A DNA stretch of 64,000 nt from Gemmatimonadaceae bacterium (GCA_045803545.1 JBJMOW010000004.1:992001-1056000), one strand, 5' to 3'. Shown: positions 45,909 through 56,114, counted from the first letter of the stretch. The notes: generated from the letters alone by a model not told the origin. Translations and numbers: made by a program.

Positions 45909-47564
45909 ATGGCCGAGTTCATCCAGGATTCTCCGCAGCTGGCTAACCAGTACGACGACGATGCCGTGCTGCGCTCGTATTTGAAATGGCGACTGCCGGC
46001 AACGGTTCTCGCTGACGTTGAGCCCGACTTACGCCGCCTTGGCCAGCGAGCAGTCACCGATATTCTTGCGGTAGGCGAAGAGGCGGAGGCATCGCCACCC
46101 CAACACGTGCCGTTCGATGCGTGGGGAAAGCGCGTCGATCGGATCGAGACCAGTGACGCCTGGCGTCAGCTGGACCACATCTCCGCAGCGGAAGGAATCG
46201 TCGCTTCTGCTTACGAGCGCACCCACGGCATTCATTCGCGCATCCATCAGTTCGCGCGATTGTATCTATTCGCGCCGTCGTCGGCCTTGTACAGTTGTCC
46301 GCTGGCGATGACCGACGGCGCGGCGCGCTTTCTCGAGGTCTATGGCGATGAAGCGACGCGCTCGGTGTTCGCGCACCTGACCTCGCGCGATCCACGGCAA
46401 TTCTGGACGTCGGGGCAGTGGATGACCGAGCGGTCGGGCGGATCCGACGTGGCAAGTACTTCGACGATCGCGAAGTGTGAGTCCGGAAACGATTACCGGT
46501 TGTATGGGCTGAAGTGGTTTACCTCGGCAACGACATCGCAGGTGGCGATGACCCTCGCCCGCATCGAAGGTGCGCCCGCTGGTGGTTCAGGGCTTAGCGT
46601 ATTCCTGGTCACACTGCGCGATCGAGATGGATCGCTGCGCAACATCCGCGTCGAGCGACTGAAGGACAAGCTTGGAACACGCGCGCTGCCGACGGCCGAG
46701 CTCACACTGGAAGGCACGCCCGCGCGTTTGGTCGGTGGGCCAGGCGACGGTATCAGGAAGATCTCGACGCTGTTCAACATCACTCGCGTTTACAACGCGG
46801 TGGCCGCGGTTGCGGGAATGAGACGCGCGATCGCGCTTGCGACCGACTATGCGAGGCGTCGAACGGCGTTTGGAAAGCCGCTGATCGAACACCCGCTGCA
46901 CGTCGAGACATTGGCCGACCTCTCACTCCGGTTTCGCGCCTGCTTTCTGCTCGCTTTTCGCGTCGCCGAGTTCCTCGGCAAGGAAGAGTGCGGCGAGGCG
47001 AGCGAGACCGAATTGCAGCTACTAAGACTTCTTACGCCCGTCGCGAAACTGTACACAGCGAAGCAGGCGGTCGCTGTTGCGAGTGAAGTCCTGGAGGCGT
47101 TCGGCGGTGCCGGCTATGTCGAAGACACTGGCATCCCGCGTTTGCTGCGCGACGCCCAAGTGCTACCGATCTGGGAAGGCACGACCAACGTGCTGAGTCT
47201 GGATACGCTGCGTGCTATTCAAAAAACTGATGCGCTCTCGGCATGGATCGCGGATGGGCGCCAGCGACTCGGTCGAGTACCCAAAAACGAGTTCACTGCG
47301 AAAGTCCAGAATGCGCTGCGATCAATCGATTCATCCCAACGCACCTCGGATCGAGGAGCCGCATTGGAGCAGGTAGCTGCCAGAGGCCTTGCCTATGCGA
47401 TAGCGAGAACGGAAGCAGCCATGCTTCTGATCGAGCATGCCGCGGCAACAAGGAATCCGGCGGCTGAAGTTGCTGCGATGCGGTGGGCGATGCGCGATCT
47501 GGAGAGACTGGTAGAGGCGAACGAAGATCACCTCACCGGATCGCGGCAGCTCGTCGTCGATTAA
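45909..47564 (+). CDS. Acyl-CoA dehydrogenase, AidB/ACAD11-like
   Basis: CPLAMTDG, GQWMTERSGGSDV, KWFTSA, RLKDKLG, IWEGTTNVLSLD. Confidence 0.9.
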   Translation: MAEFIQDSPQLANQYDDDAVLRSYLKWRLPATVLADVEPDLRRLGQRAVTDILAVGEEAEASPPQHVPFDAWGKRVDRIETSDAWRQLDHISAAEGIVASAYERTHGIHSRIHQFARLYLFAPSSALYSCPLAMTDGAARFLEVYGDEATRSVFAHLTSRDPRQFWTSGQWMTERSGGSDVASTSTIAKCESGNDYRLYGLKWFTSATTSQVAMTLARIEGAPAGGSGLSVFLVTLRDRDGSLRNIRVERLKDKLGTRALPTAELTLEGTPARLVGGPGDGIRKISTLFNITRVYNAVAAVAGMRRAIALATDYARRRTAFGKPLIEHPLHVETLADLSLRFRACFLLAFRVAEFLGKEECGEASETELQLLRLLTPVAKLYTAKQAVAVASEVLEAFGGAGYVEDTGIPRLLRDAQVLPIWEGTTNVLSLDTLRAIQKTDALSAWIADGRQRLGRVPKNEFTAKVQNALRSIDSSQRTSDRGAALEQVAARGLAYAIARTEAAMLLIEHAAATRNPAAEVAAMRWAMRDLERLVEANEDHLTGSRQLVVD

Positions 47565-47577
47565 GAGTTTCGTCGAC

Positions 47578-48201
47578 TTACAACCGAAACCTCATTCTCG
47601 CCGCGTCGACGATCAGATCCGCGGCACCCTGAATTCCAAGGCGTTCCGTATTTACGCTAAGATCGAAGTTCTCGTGAGCGCGACGTTCGCGCTCCCAGTG
47701 CAGCCGAACCCACTGATCACGCTGCTTGTTGGTTTCATCAACCAGGCGTGCCGCTTCCTCAGCGCCGACTGCTTCACGCTGCATCGTGCGCGCGATCAAG
47801 CTTTTTCGCGGTGCATAGCAGAACACGTGGAGCGTATCTTCGCGCGCGGCGAGCATCTCCTGGGTGCCGCGACCAACGACAACCAGCGGACCGGCGGCGA
47901 TCGCTTCTTCGACGACGTGCCGCGTCACTTCGATCAGCTGCTCGTCGCTGGGCCGCTTGGCCGCGGCCATCGGCGAGGCCCACTCCTGTGATCCCATCGC
48001 CATAGCCGCGGTGAGTCTCTCTACGAGAGACGGAACCCGTTCTTCGCGCGCCTGAACCTCGGCGGCGCTCAATCCCATGCGCGCGGCAACTGCATCGACT
48101 ACAGCGTTGTCGAGTAACGACCAGCCAAGAGCTTTTGCGACGAGCGCGGCTACCTCAGAGCCTCCCGAACCATAGAGGCGCGAGACAGTGAGAACCGACA
48201 G
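47578..48201 (-). CDS. Cytidylate kinase-like family protein, probable CTG start
   Basis: TVSRLYGSGGSEVA...LGW.LLD P-loop-like N-terminus lies upstream of the ATG at 48078; VVVGRG motif downstream. Confidence 0.82.
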   Translation of the reverse strand: MSVLTVSRLYGSGGSEVAALVAKALGWSLLDNAVVDAVAARMGLSAAEVQAREERVPSLVERLTAAMAMGSQEWASPMAAAKRPSDEQLIEVTRHVVEEAIAAGPLVVVGRGTQEMLAAREDTLHVFCYAPRKSLIARTMQREAVGAEEAARLVDETNKQRDQWVRLHWERERRAHENFDLSVNTERLGIQGAADLIVDAARMRFRL

Positions 48202-48204
48202 GAG

Positions 48205-49653
48205 TCAGTCCTGATAGGGACGGCGACGCTTTTCTTCTACCGCGCGACCATAAGTACCGGCGTCGGAGCGCGTGATCTTCTTGCGCGCGACGAGCGACTC
48301 GAGCACGAGCTCGCATCCAGCCGCGACAACCGGGAGATCATCCATCGGTGCGAGGCCTGCGCCGCTCACAACCTGCATTAGCCCGGGTATACTGCCGAAA
48401 CCCTCGACTACGGTGTCCACCGCGACATCGTCCGTCACCTGCAGAGCACCGCCGACATCGAACCACATGATGATCTCGTCGGTGTTGATTCCACCGGCGC
48501 GGTCCTGGTACGTCGCATCGGCGGCGCGGCGAATCAACTCACGCGCGATGGTGTGACCGCCGACAAGCTCGCCTTCGTATTCGAGCTCGATCTTCCCGGT
48601 GATGGCGGGCAGCGCGGCGTAGATGTCGGCGATGCGGGGCACGATATCGCGCTCGCCGGTCTGGATCGCGCGACGCTCGGCGTTGGAAACGACGTTCTCC
48701 ATTACGCTGATCGGCATGCGCTGGGAGACGCCTGAACGCTTGTCGATCCGCTTGTCATTCCGTGCCTCGAAAGCGACGCGCTCGATCACTTCGGCGATGA
48801 AATCGGGAACGCGCACTTTGCCGGCGCCACGCGCGGTCCACGCTTCCTGATTGGTGATCGTCATGCCAAGTTCGACGCTCTCCGGATAGTGAGTCACGAC
48901 CTCGCTGCCGATGCGATCCTTGAGCGGTGTGATGATCTTGCCGCGCGCCGTATAGTCTTCCGGATTGGCGGTGAAGCACAGCATCACATCGAGCGGGAGG
49001 CGGACAGGGTAACCTTTGATCTGAACGTCGCCTTCCTGCATGATGTTGAACAGGCTCACCTGCACCTTGCCGGCAAGATCGGGCAACTCGTTCAGCGCGA
49101 AGATTCCGCGATTTGCGCGCGGCAACATGCCGTAGTGCATCGTCAGCTCGTCACCGAGTATGTGTCCGCCGCGCGCTGCCTTGATCGGGTCGAGGTCGCC
49201 AATGATGTCGGCGACGGTGACATCAGGTGTAGCAAGTTTTTCGACGAAGCGCTGCTCCGGCTCGAGCCAGGCGATCGGTGTGTCGTCGCCGGCTTCGTTC
49301 ACCATGTTTCGGCCGTACTTCGAGATCGGCGAGAACGGATTGTCGTTGACTTCGCTGCCGGCGATGATCGGCAGCGCCGGATCGAGGAGAGTGATCAATG
49401 CGCGCAGGATCCGCGACTTCGCCTGACCCCGCAGTCCGAGCAGAATGAAATTGTGCTTGCTGAGTAGCGCGTTGACGATCTGCGGCATGACGGTTTCTTC
49501 ATAACCGATCACGCCGTGAAAAATCGGCTTGCGCGTCGCGAGCCGGGTGAGGAGGTTCGCGCGAAGCTCATCCTTGACGGACTGCTCGCGTCTTTCGGGA
49601 GCGCCAAAAGCAGAACGCTTCAGCGCGCCAAATGTTTCTGGAAGGACCGACAA
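48205..49653 (-). CDS. Mg-chelatase/MoxR-like AAA+ ATPase
   Basis: GLRGQAKS Walker A, EKLATPD, NELPDL, TANPEDYTARGKII. Confidence 0.9.
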   Translation of the reverse strand: MSVLPETFGALKRSAFGAPERREQSVKDELRANLLTRLATRKPIFHGVIGYEETVMPQIVNALLSKHNFILLGLRGQAKSRILRALITLLDPALPIIAGSEVNDNPFSPISKYGRNMVNEAGDDTPIAWLEPEQRFVEKLATPDVTVADIIGDLDPIKAARGGHILGDELTMHYGMLPRANRGIFALNELPDLAGKVQVSLFNIMQEGDVQIKGYPVRLPLDVMLCFTANPEDYTARGKIITPLKDRIGSEVVTHYPESVELGMTITNQEAWTARGAGKVRVPDFIAEVIERVAFEARNDKRIDKRSGVSQRMPISVMENVVSNAERRAIQTGERDIVPRIADIYAALPAITGKIELEYEGELVGGHTIARELIRRAADATYQDRAGGINTDEIIMWFDVGGALQVTDDVAVDTVVEGFGSIPGLMQVVSGAGLAPMDDLPVVAAGCELVLESLVARKKITRSDAGTYGRAVEEKRRRPYQD

Positions 49654-49845
49654 CTTGATACTCCGAGGGAAAATACGAGCGTGTTGGTAATCTAGTCCCC
49701 GTGTCTGGACGCTACTAGGCGGAAGCTCTACACCTTGACACTATTTTCTGATGAGATAGATTCTTGCCCGCGCCAAAAACGGGCACTGCGACCGCGTGCA
49801 CGGACCGGCGAATTTTCCACGTTTGCCATCTTAAGGAGATCGTAA

Positions 49846-50055
49846 ATGAAGCGCCTGGCCCTTGTCGCCGCAGTTCTGGTTCTCGCTGCTTGCACGTCAA
49901 AGAAAGACGAAGCTGCAACCGCCGATACTTCCGCTCCAGCAATGGCTCCTGCCCCGGCAGCGATGGATACCGGCATGAAGATGGACACCACCGCAAGCAC
50001 GACCCCGTCGGCTTCGACGACCACCACGACCAAGACCACGACCAAAAAGAAGTAA
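49846..50055 (+). CDS. Small Thr/Ala-rich lipoprotein
   Basis: AAGGAG RBS, LAAC lipobox, low-complexity body, downstream terminator. Confidence 0.82.
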   Translation: MKRLALVAAVLVLAACTSKKDEAATADTSAPAMAPAPAAMDTGMKMDTTASTTPSASTTTTTKTTTKKK

Positions 50056-50075
50056 ATCGTCGCGATCGGTCAAAT

Positions 50076-50108
50076 GAAAAGGCGCCACTAAACAGTGGCG
50101 CTTTTTTC
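50076..50108. terminator. Bidirectional intrinsic terminator
   Basis: AAAA-GGCGCCACT/AGTGGCGCT-TTTTT between convergent genes. Confidence 0.8.
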
Positions 50109-51086
50109 GTTTTGGTCGACCTGAACGCTGCATTCGCCATCCGGCCACTTCGCTTGCAGCGTCGTCCCTCCGGCAATCTCTCTGCGGACCATTCCCAGCG
50201 CGATGCCACCAAATCGGGGTGAGAGAGCAGCGCTCCGGATATCGCCGATAACTTTTCCTGTCTCGTCGAGGAGCTCGGCGCCCTTTGGTGGCGCGGGCCG
50301 GGTGACAAATCTCAGTCTGCGAAGAAAGCGATTCACGTGACCGCGAAAGTGTACGCGCGCCACGGTCTCCTGTCCGATGTAGCAACCCTTGGTGTACGAG
50401 ATTGCGCCGAGGTCGTCGAAGTTTACTTCCTGCGGCAGTGTCGAGTCGTCCATGTCGACGCCCCACTCCGGTCGACCGGCTTCGATCCGAGCGATGTCCC
50501 ACGTTTCTTTGCCGCCCGCGTTCACACCGGCAGAATGGAACCTGGTCTTGAGCGCGCCGGTGGCCTGCGTTGGAATGAAAATATCGAAACCGTCCACATC
50601 CAGATCGGCTGCGCGCGCGACTATCGCCGTGACATCGGCGAACGGCCGGCTCAAGTGACCGTACGGCGGCAGCGCGGCGAGATCCTTGTCGTCGATATCC
50701 ATCACCTTCGAAACGACAGATCGGGCTGACCGGCCAAAGATTCCGAAGTCACTCAGCTCCGCCGTCAGATCGTGGTAGGGCGCCTGGCGCGGATTGATGT
50801 ATTTTCGCACCAGCTCCTTCCAACCCGGCGCTGCGGCAGCGGAAGTGTCGATCAGCAGCGAATCGTCGAGCGCAAAGATGCGGAGATCCGCGACGATCTT
50901 TCCCTTCGCCGTCAATGCCGCCGCGTACTGACCCTCGCCGGGAGAAAGCGCGGATACGTCGTTCGTCACCATTCCGGTGACGAGCTCGGCGGCTTTTGGA
51001 CCCGACACCCGCATGCGGAGTCTGTCGGTGCGATCGAAAAACAGAGCGCCGTTGTGCAGCGCGGAATACTCGTTCAGCTCCGCCAT
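50088..51086 (-). CDS. ygfZ: YgfZ/GcvT-family folate-binding protein
   Basis: KGCYIGQETVAR signature. Confidence 0.88.
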   Translation of the reverse strand: MAELNEYSALHNGALFFDRTDRLRMRVSGPKAAELVTGMVTNDVSALSPGEGQYAAALTAKGKIVADLRIFALDDSLLIDTSAAAAPGWKELVRKYINPRQAPYHDLTAELSDFGIFGRSARSVVSKVMDIDDKDLAALPPYGHLSRPFADVTAIVARAADLDVDGFDIFIPTQATGALKTRFHSAGVNAGGKETWDIARIEAGRPEWGVDMDDSTLPQEVNFDDLGAISYTKGCYIGQETVARVHFRGHVNRFLRRLRFVTRPAPPKGAELLDETGKVIGDIRSAALSPRFGGIALGMVRREIAGGTTLQAKWPDGECSVQVDQNEKSATV

Positions 51087-51119
51087 GTTTTTCAATTAAG
51101 CCGGTGCACACCGGCAGCG

Positions 51120-52436
51120 CTACTGTCCGATTGCCGCGTATGATGCGTCGAGCAAATCGACGGGGTGAATCGAGCGTGCGTTGATTTCCGCGCGTATCAA
51201 ACCGGCGCCGATCTGCATCAAACAACCTGGATTTCCGGTTGCCACCCACGGCGCGCGCGTGGCGCGGATGTTATCCAGCTTGGGCACCAGCACTGCGTCC
51301 GATGTCGCCGGTTCGATCAGATTGTAGATGCCGGCGCTGCCACAGCACTGGTCGGAATCGTGGAGCGGCACCAGCTCGAGACCGGGTATCGAAGCGAGCA
51401 TCGACAAAGGCGCTTGCGTCACCCGCTGGGCGTGCTGGAGGTGACACGGCGCATCGTATGTTACCCGAAGTGGCAGTGGACCGCCCGGACGCGGGCCTGC
51501 GTCGGCAAGCAATTCACTCACATCGCGCACGCGTTCGGCAACCGCAACCGCTCGCTCGTACCACTCAACGTCGTCGTGCAACAGGTGACCGTATTCTTTC
51601 ATGATCGCCCCACATCCGGCTGCATTGGAGACCACGTACTTCGCACCCGACTTTTCGAACGCAGCGATGTTCTTCTTCGCCAGAGCGCGCGCGCCCTCGA
51701 GATCACCAGCGTGAGCGTGCAAGGCGCCGCAGCATTGCTGGCCGCGCGCGGGAACGGACGCGTATCCGTTCACCGTCAGCACTCGCTCGGTCGCACGATT
51801 GGTGGAACTGAATAAACCATCCATCACGCAGCCGCGCAGCAGCGCGACTGTTCCATTCTCACCGCGAGTGACCGGATTGTAGGACGATCGTTCGATGGAC
51901 CGACCGGTCGACGCGAGCATCGCCATCGCAAATCCGAGCCGGCCTTTGATTCCGGACAGCAAAGTCGGAATTGGAGTAGCAGCGAGCAGTCGGGAGAAAA
52001 ACATCGCCGGTCTCAACAGCCATTCTCTGCCAAACACGAACAGAATGAGTCGCGCGATAAACGGCGTAGATTGATACTGGTTCAGTGTGGCGCGCGTTGC
52101 CTCGAGAAGTTGTCCGTAGGGCACGCCGCTCGGACACACCGGCTCGCACGCCCGACAACCAAGGCACTGATCGATATGCAGCTTGACCTCGGCATCAGTC
52201 GGGGCGACGGTGCCCTCCAACATTGAGCGCATCAGAAAAATTCTGCCCCGAGGACTGTCGTTTTCGTCTTCGAGATTCAGATACGTCGGACAAGCCTGCA
52301 GGCAGAAACCGCAATGCACACATGCATTAATGCCCGGCAGCGCCGCGGCGAGCGGAGTTCCGGGTAGCGCACAGCCAGGCATCGTATCGGGCGGCAACGG
52401 ATCGCGAGGTGGAGGAACGACTGGTAGCGCGGTCAA
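51120..52436 (-). CDS. glcF: Glycolate oxidase iron-sulfur subunit
   Basis: CVHCGFCLQACP and CLGCRACEPVCP clusters plus two CCG domains; TTG start overlaps the glcE stop. Confidence 0.88.
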   Translation of the reverse strand: MTALPVVPPPRDPLPPDTMPGCALPGTPLAAALPGINACVHCGFCLQACPTYLNLEDENDSPRGRIFLMRSMLEGTVAPTDAEVKLHIDQCLGCRACEPVCPSGVPYGQLLEATRATLNQYQSTPFIARLILFVFGREWLLRPAMFFSRLLAATPIPTLLSGIKGRLGFAMAMLASTGRSIERSSYNPVTRGENGTVALLRGCVMDGLFSSTNRATERVLTVNGYASVPARGQQCCGALHAHAGDLEGARALAKKNIAAFEKSGAKYVVSNAAGCGAIMKEYGHLLHDDVEWYERAVAVAERVRDVSELLADAGPRPGGPLPLRVTYDAPCHLQHAQRVTQAPLSMLASIPGLELVPLHDSDQCCGSAGIYNLIEPATSDAVLVPKLDNIRATRAPWVATGNPGCLMQIGAGLIRAEINARSIHPVDLLDASYAAIGQ

Positions 52437-53563
52437 TTCAGATCGCCAAGGATGCCAGGATTCAAAATGTTGTGCGGGTCGTACGCCCTTTTGATGCCCT
52501 GCGACAATGGGTCCGCGACGACACTGCGCGACATCGCGGGCCACAGCTCGGCGGGCAGCTTCTCGAACGCGAGCTCGCTCGATTCGGTGCGTTCGATTCC
52601 GCTGGCTATCTCCTGCGACGAATCGCCGCCATCAATTGCACCAGCAACGACGCGAATCACGCCCCGTCTCGGGTCGATCGACGTGTAGACACCGCTGACA
52701 TCATCGCTGAGAATCTGCGCAGCGCTGGCAACGATTCGCTGAGGCAAGCTCGAGATTCGCAGCGATGTGTGCGATCCAGCTTCGAGCCCCCGCAAGGACA
52801 GCCAGTTGCTCGAGTCGATTTCCTGAGTGCTGGCTATCTGCGTCAGTCCAGCGGCCTGTGCTTTCACGGCGGCTGAATTGCCGCCAAAGCGGATCAAGCC
52901 AATCGCATCCTGGCCCAACTCGAGCGCGCGAGCGACCGAAGCGCTGACAAGCAGGAACGCAAAAGGACTCAATGGTGCGGCAACCAGCGCGCGCAGGAAC
53001 GCGGTCGTTTGCTTCTCGGATCCTCCGAGGTGAACGACGAACGTGCGATCCACTTCGGGTAGCGCGTAGAGTCGGAGTGTGACCTCGGTGATGACACCGA
53101 GTGACCCCCAGGATCCGGTCAACAATCTGGAGAGATCGAAACCGGCGACGTTTTTCACAACCTTGCCGCCGGCCCGCACTACTTCTCCGCGACCATTGAC
53201 GAACTCCAGTCCGAGCACGAGATCCCGCGGCAGTCCGAAGTTCGACGACAGGGGACCGGCCGACGCGGTGGCGATGGTCGCGCCAATGGTGCCGTCAGGC
53301 GAGCCGTACGCGTCGAGGGGGAGCCACTGCTTTTTTTCGCGGGTAGTTGCCTCGATGTCCGAAAGACGGGTGCCGGAGCGGACTGTGATGGTAAGATCAG
53401 CGGGCACGTACGCGGTGACACCCGCCTCATCACGAAGCGCCAGGGTATGCTGTGCGCGAACGGGACGTCCGGCGTCGAGCCAGCTGCCACCGCCCGCGAT
53501 TCTCAGCGGGGTCCTGCTGGCAAAACTCTCCCTCACTGAGCCCGCGATCGATTCAGTGCTCAC
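52433..53563 (-). CDS. glcE: Glycolate oxidase FAD-binding subunit
   Basis: GGKVVKNVAGFDL, GSWGSLGVI, YDPHNILNPG; GTG start overlaps the glcD stop. Confidence 0.85.
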   Translation of the reverse strand: MSTESIAGSVRESFASRTPLRIAGGGSWLDAGRPVRAQHTLALRDEAGVTAYVPADLTITVRSGTRLSDIEATTREKKQWLPLDAYGSPDGTIGATIATASAGPLSSNFGLPRDLVLGLEFVNGRGEVVRAGGKVVKNVAGFDLSRLLTGSWGSLGVITEVTLRLYALPEVDRTFVVHLGGSEKQTTAFLRALVAAPLSPFAFLLVSASVARALELGQDAIGLIRFGGNSAAVKAQAAGLTQIASTQEIDSSNWLSLRGLEAGSHTSLRISSLPQRIVASAAQILSDDVSGVYTSIDPRRGVIRVVAGAIDGGDSSQEIASGIERTESSELAFEKLPAELWPAMSRSVVADPLSQGIKRAYDPHNILNPGILGDLN

Positions 53564-55074
53564 GCGACTGGACGCGAGGGCTCGGCCTCGAGTGGTGGTG
53601 ATGGTGTTTCGGCGCGACGCACTGCAGGCAGGCCTTGCCACTCTCGACACGAATGGACAGGTACGACCTTTCCGGGATTCGAACGGCGCTCGGGGTCGAA
53701 TACCGATCGCAACTCGCACATCGCGTTGAGCGATGTCTCGGGAAAGATCGATTCCATGTACCCCAACTTGTCGAGCCCGACGCCGTGTTCACCGGTGATG
53801 CTTCCGCCGGCATCGATGCACGCCTGCATGATCTCGCGCATCGCCTTATGCACTCGCTCGCTCTCAGCGGGATCGTCGGCGCTGTAGGCGATGTTGGGAT
53901 GCAGATTTCCGTCGCCGGCGTGGAAGACATTGCAGACAAGAACGCGATACTTCTCGCTGATGCGGTGAATCGTCTCGAGAATCTCCGGCAGTTTGGTGCG
54001 CGGAATCACGGCATCCTGCACGATGAGATGCGGAGCGAGACGGCCCATCGCGCCGAATGCTTTCTTGCGTCCCTGCCATAGCTTCATGCGCTCGGCGTCA
54101 TCCCGCGCGACGCGTACGTTCCGCGCGCCGCCGCTGGCGCAAATGCGACGAACGGTCTCGAGGTCCGCGATCACCCCGGCTTCGAGCCCATCGAGCTCGA
54201 TCAGGAGAATCGCTTCGGCGTCGCGTGGATAACCGGCGGCGTAGATCGAATCTTCAACGACGCGGATGGTGGGACCATCCATGAACTCGAGTGCGGCGGG
54301 AACGACCCCCGATGCGATCACCGCCGACGTAACCTGGGCCGCCTCGTTGACCGACATGAAATCGGCGAGGATGGTGCGAACGGTCTGCGGCTTGGGCGTG
54401 AGCTTGACGGTCACATCCAGCGCGAGACCGAAGCATCCTTCCGATCCAATGAACGAGCCGCGCAAATCGTAGCCGTCTTTCTCGCCAACCTTGCTGCCCA
54501 GCTCGACGATCTCTCCGCTCGGCAAAACGACCGTCAGCGCGAGGACGTGATTGAGGGTGACGCCGTACTTGAGGCAGTGCGGGCCACCGGCGTTCTCGGC
54601 GACGTTCCCGCCGATCGTGCAAGCTGATTCACTCGACGGGTCGGGTGCGTAGAGCAGTCCCTGCGCTGCGACGTGACGATTGAGCTTGAGGTTGACGACA
54701 CCGGGTTCCACGAGTGCGCGTCGATTCTCGACGTCGACGGAGATGATTTTCTTCAGGCGGTGCAGTCCAACGACGACGATATCGTCTGCCAGTGCACCGC
54801 CGGATAAACCGGTGCCTGCGCCGCGGGGAACGAACGGCACTTTTCCCGCCGCGAGCAAACGCACGACTGCGATCGCTTCGTCGCGTGTGCCAGGAAAAAC
54901 TGCCAGTTTCGGCTGTCGCCGGTAGCCCGGCAATCCATCGGAGTTGTACACGAGCAGCTCGCTCGGCCGACTCAGGACGTGCCGTGATCCAACGATCTCG
55001 GCGAGATCTGCCGCGAGATCGGAAGGCGACAGGGATTCAACAGGTGACTCCGCGCGATTGGCGGGCTGGGTCAT
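53560..55074 (-). CDS. glcD: Glycolate oxidase subunit GlcD
   Basis: PRGAGTGLSGG, PDPSS, NAGGPHCLKYG, HAGDGNLHP, GEHGVG. Confidence 0.9.
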   Translation of the reverse strand: MTQPANRAESPVESLSPSDLAADLAEIVGSRHVLSRPSELLVYNSDGLPGYRRQPKLAVFPGTRDEAIAVVRLLAAGKVPFVPRGAGTGLSGGALADDIVVVGLHRLKKIISVDVENRRALVEPGVVNLKLNRHVAAQGLLYAPDPSSESACTIGGNVAENAGGPHCLKYGVTLNHVLALTVVLPSGEIVELGSKVGEKDGYDLRGSFIGSEGCFGLALDVTVKLTPKPQTVRTILADFMSVNEAAQVTSAVIASGVVPAALEFMDGPTIRVVEDSIYAAGYPRDAEAILLIELDGLEAGVIADLETVRRICASGGARNVRVARDDAERMKLWQGRKKAFGAMGRLAPHLIVQDAVIPRTKLPEILETIHRISEKYRVLVCNVFHAGDGNLHPNIAYSADDPAESERVHKAMREIMQACIDAGGSITGEHGVGLDKLGYMESIFPETSLNAMCELRSVFDPERRSNPGKVVPVHSCREWQGLPAVRRAETPSPPLEAEPSRPVA

Positions 55075-55087
55075 CCGTTGAATTTAG

Positions 55088-56011
55088 CTATTCGTCCTCC
55101 TCCGGCGACGCAACCACCAGCCGCAGCGCGTCTCGATCGATACGGTATTCGAGAGGTGTCTTCATGCGCTTAAGCTCTCCGTCCAGCCCGACCGTCGTTT
55201 GTGGCCGGTTCAAATCGATCTGGCATTTGTCGACCAGAAAATTCTCGAACTCCGGTAGCTTCGCCGCCTCCTTCGTTCCGCGGGCAAGCGCAGCCATTCC
55301 CAGCGTGAACAGCCTGGCCTTCTTGCGGCCGCGAATAATCATCACGTGCAAGCCGCGTCTGCCATTTGCGACTCGATTTCCGAAGGTGGGCATTTTGAGC
55401 TCGCGCTCGCCAACGCCAATGAATACGAGAGATGTGCGAAACGTTCTCGCTTTGCCTTCAACCTCGAATGTGACGCTGAATGTGCGGAGGTCTTTGAGCG
55501 TCATCACACCGGCGAAAACGCTGGCAATCGTATATCCAAACCGCTTCTCGAGCCTTTCTCGATCGCGAACGAACGTCACATAGGCGCCAATGGAGCTGGT
55601 GTTGAGGAAAACACAGTCGTTGACGTAGCCAATGTCGGCTCCGACGACTTCGCCGGCACCGGCGGCGATTGCTGCCTTACCGAGGTCGGTCGGAATGTTG
55701 TGATCCTTGGCGAAGTGATTGAGGGTTCCGCCCGGCAGGATGGCGAGTTGAGTTTCACTCCTGGCGACCAGCGACGCCGCGGTAGCGATGGTTCCGTCAC
55801 CCCCGGCAACCAGGATGCGTTCGATGCCGCCGGCGATCGCTGTCTTGAGCTTTGATTCCATGTCGCCGGGCTCGACGACCTCTAAATCGTAGCCGACTGT
55901 CTCCAGCGCCTCACGCGCCTTATCCGCGTTGCCGCACTTGGCGTTGAGGAAAGCCTTTAGAGCGCGAGGCGGGCGGCGAGAGGCGGGAGGCGGTGTAGTG
56001 GATAGAGACAC
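55088..56011 (-). CDS. Diacylglycerol kinase family (YegS-like) lipid kinase
   Basis: AGGDGT, PGGTLNHFA, DGE motifs. Start set at GTG 56011, downstream of the terminator. Confidence 0.85.
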   Translation of the reverse strand: MSLSTTPPPASRRPPRALKAFLNAKCGNADKAREALETVGYDLEVVEPGDMESKLKTAIAGGIERILVAGGDGTIATAASLVARSETQLAILPGGTLNHFAKDHNIPTDLGKAAIAAGAGEVVGADIGYVNDCVFLNTSSIGAYVTFVRDRERLEKRFGYTIASVFAGVMTLKDLRTFSVTFEVEGKARTFRTSLVFIGVGERELKMPTFGNRVANGRRGLHVMIIRGRKKARLFTLGMAALARGTKEAAKLPEFENFLVDKCQIDLNRPQTTVGLDGELKRMKTPLEYRIDRDALRLVVASPEEDE

Positions 56012-56104
56012 GAGAGATGCTCCATACAAGAAAGACGCCGACCCAATTTGAGTCGGCGTCATCTTACTGCTGTTTCGCTTTGCGCCTCTCGCCTCCCGCC
56101 TCCC
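55964..56104. repeat. Oppositely oriented GGGAGGC/GCCTCCC heptamer arrays flanking a terminator
   Basis: gcgaggc gggcggc gagaggc gggaggc (55964-91) and gcctctc gcctccc gcctccc (56084-104). Confidence 0.7.
56028..56060 (-). terminator. Intrinsic terminator after the sigma-70 gene
   Basis: GACGCCGAC/GTCGGCGTC stem; TTTCTT on the minus strand. Confidence 0.7.
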
Positions 56105-56114
56105 TCCTACCGCT

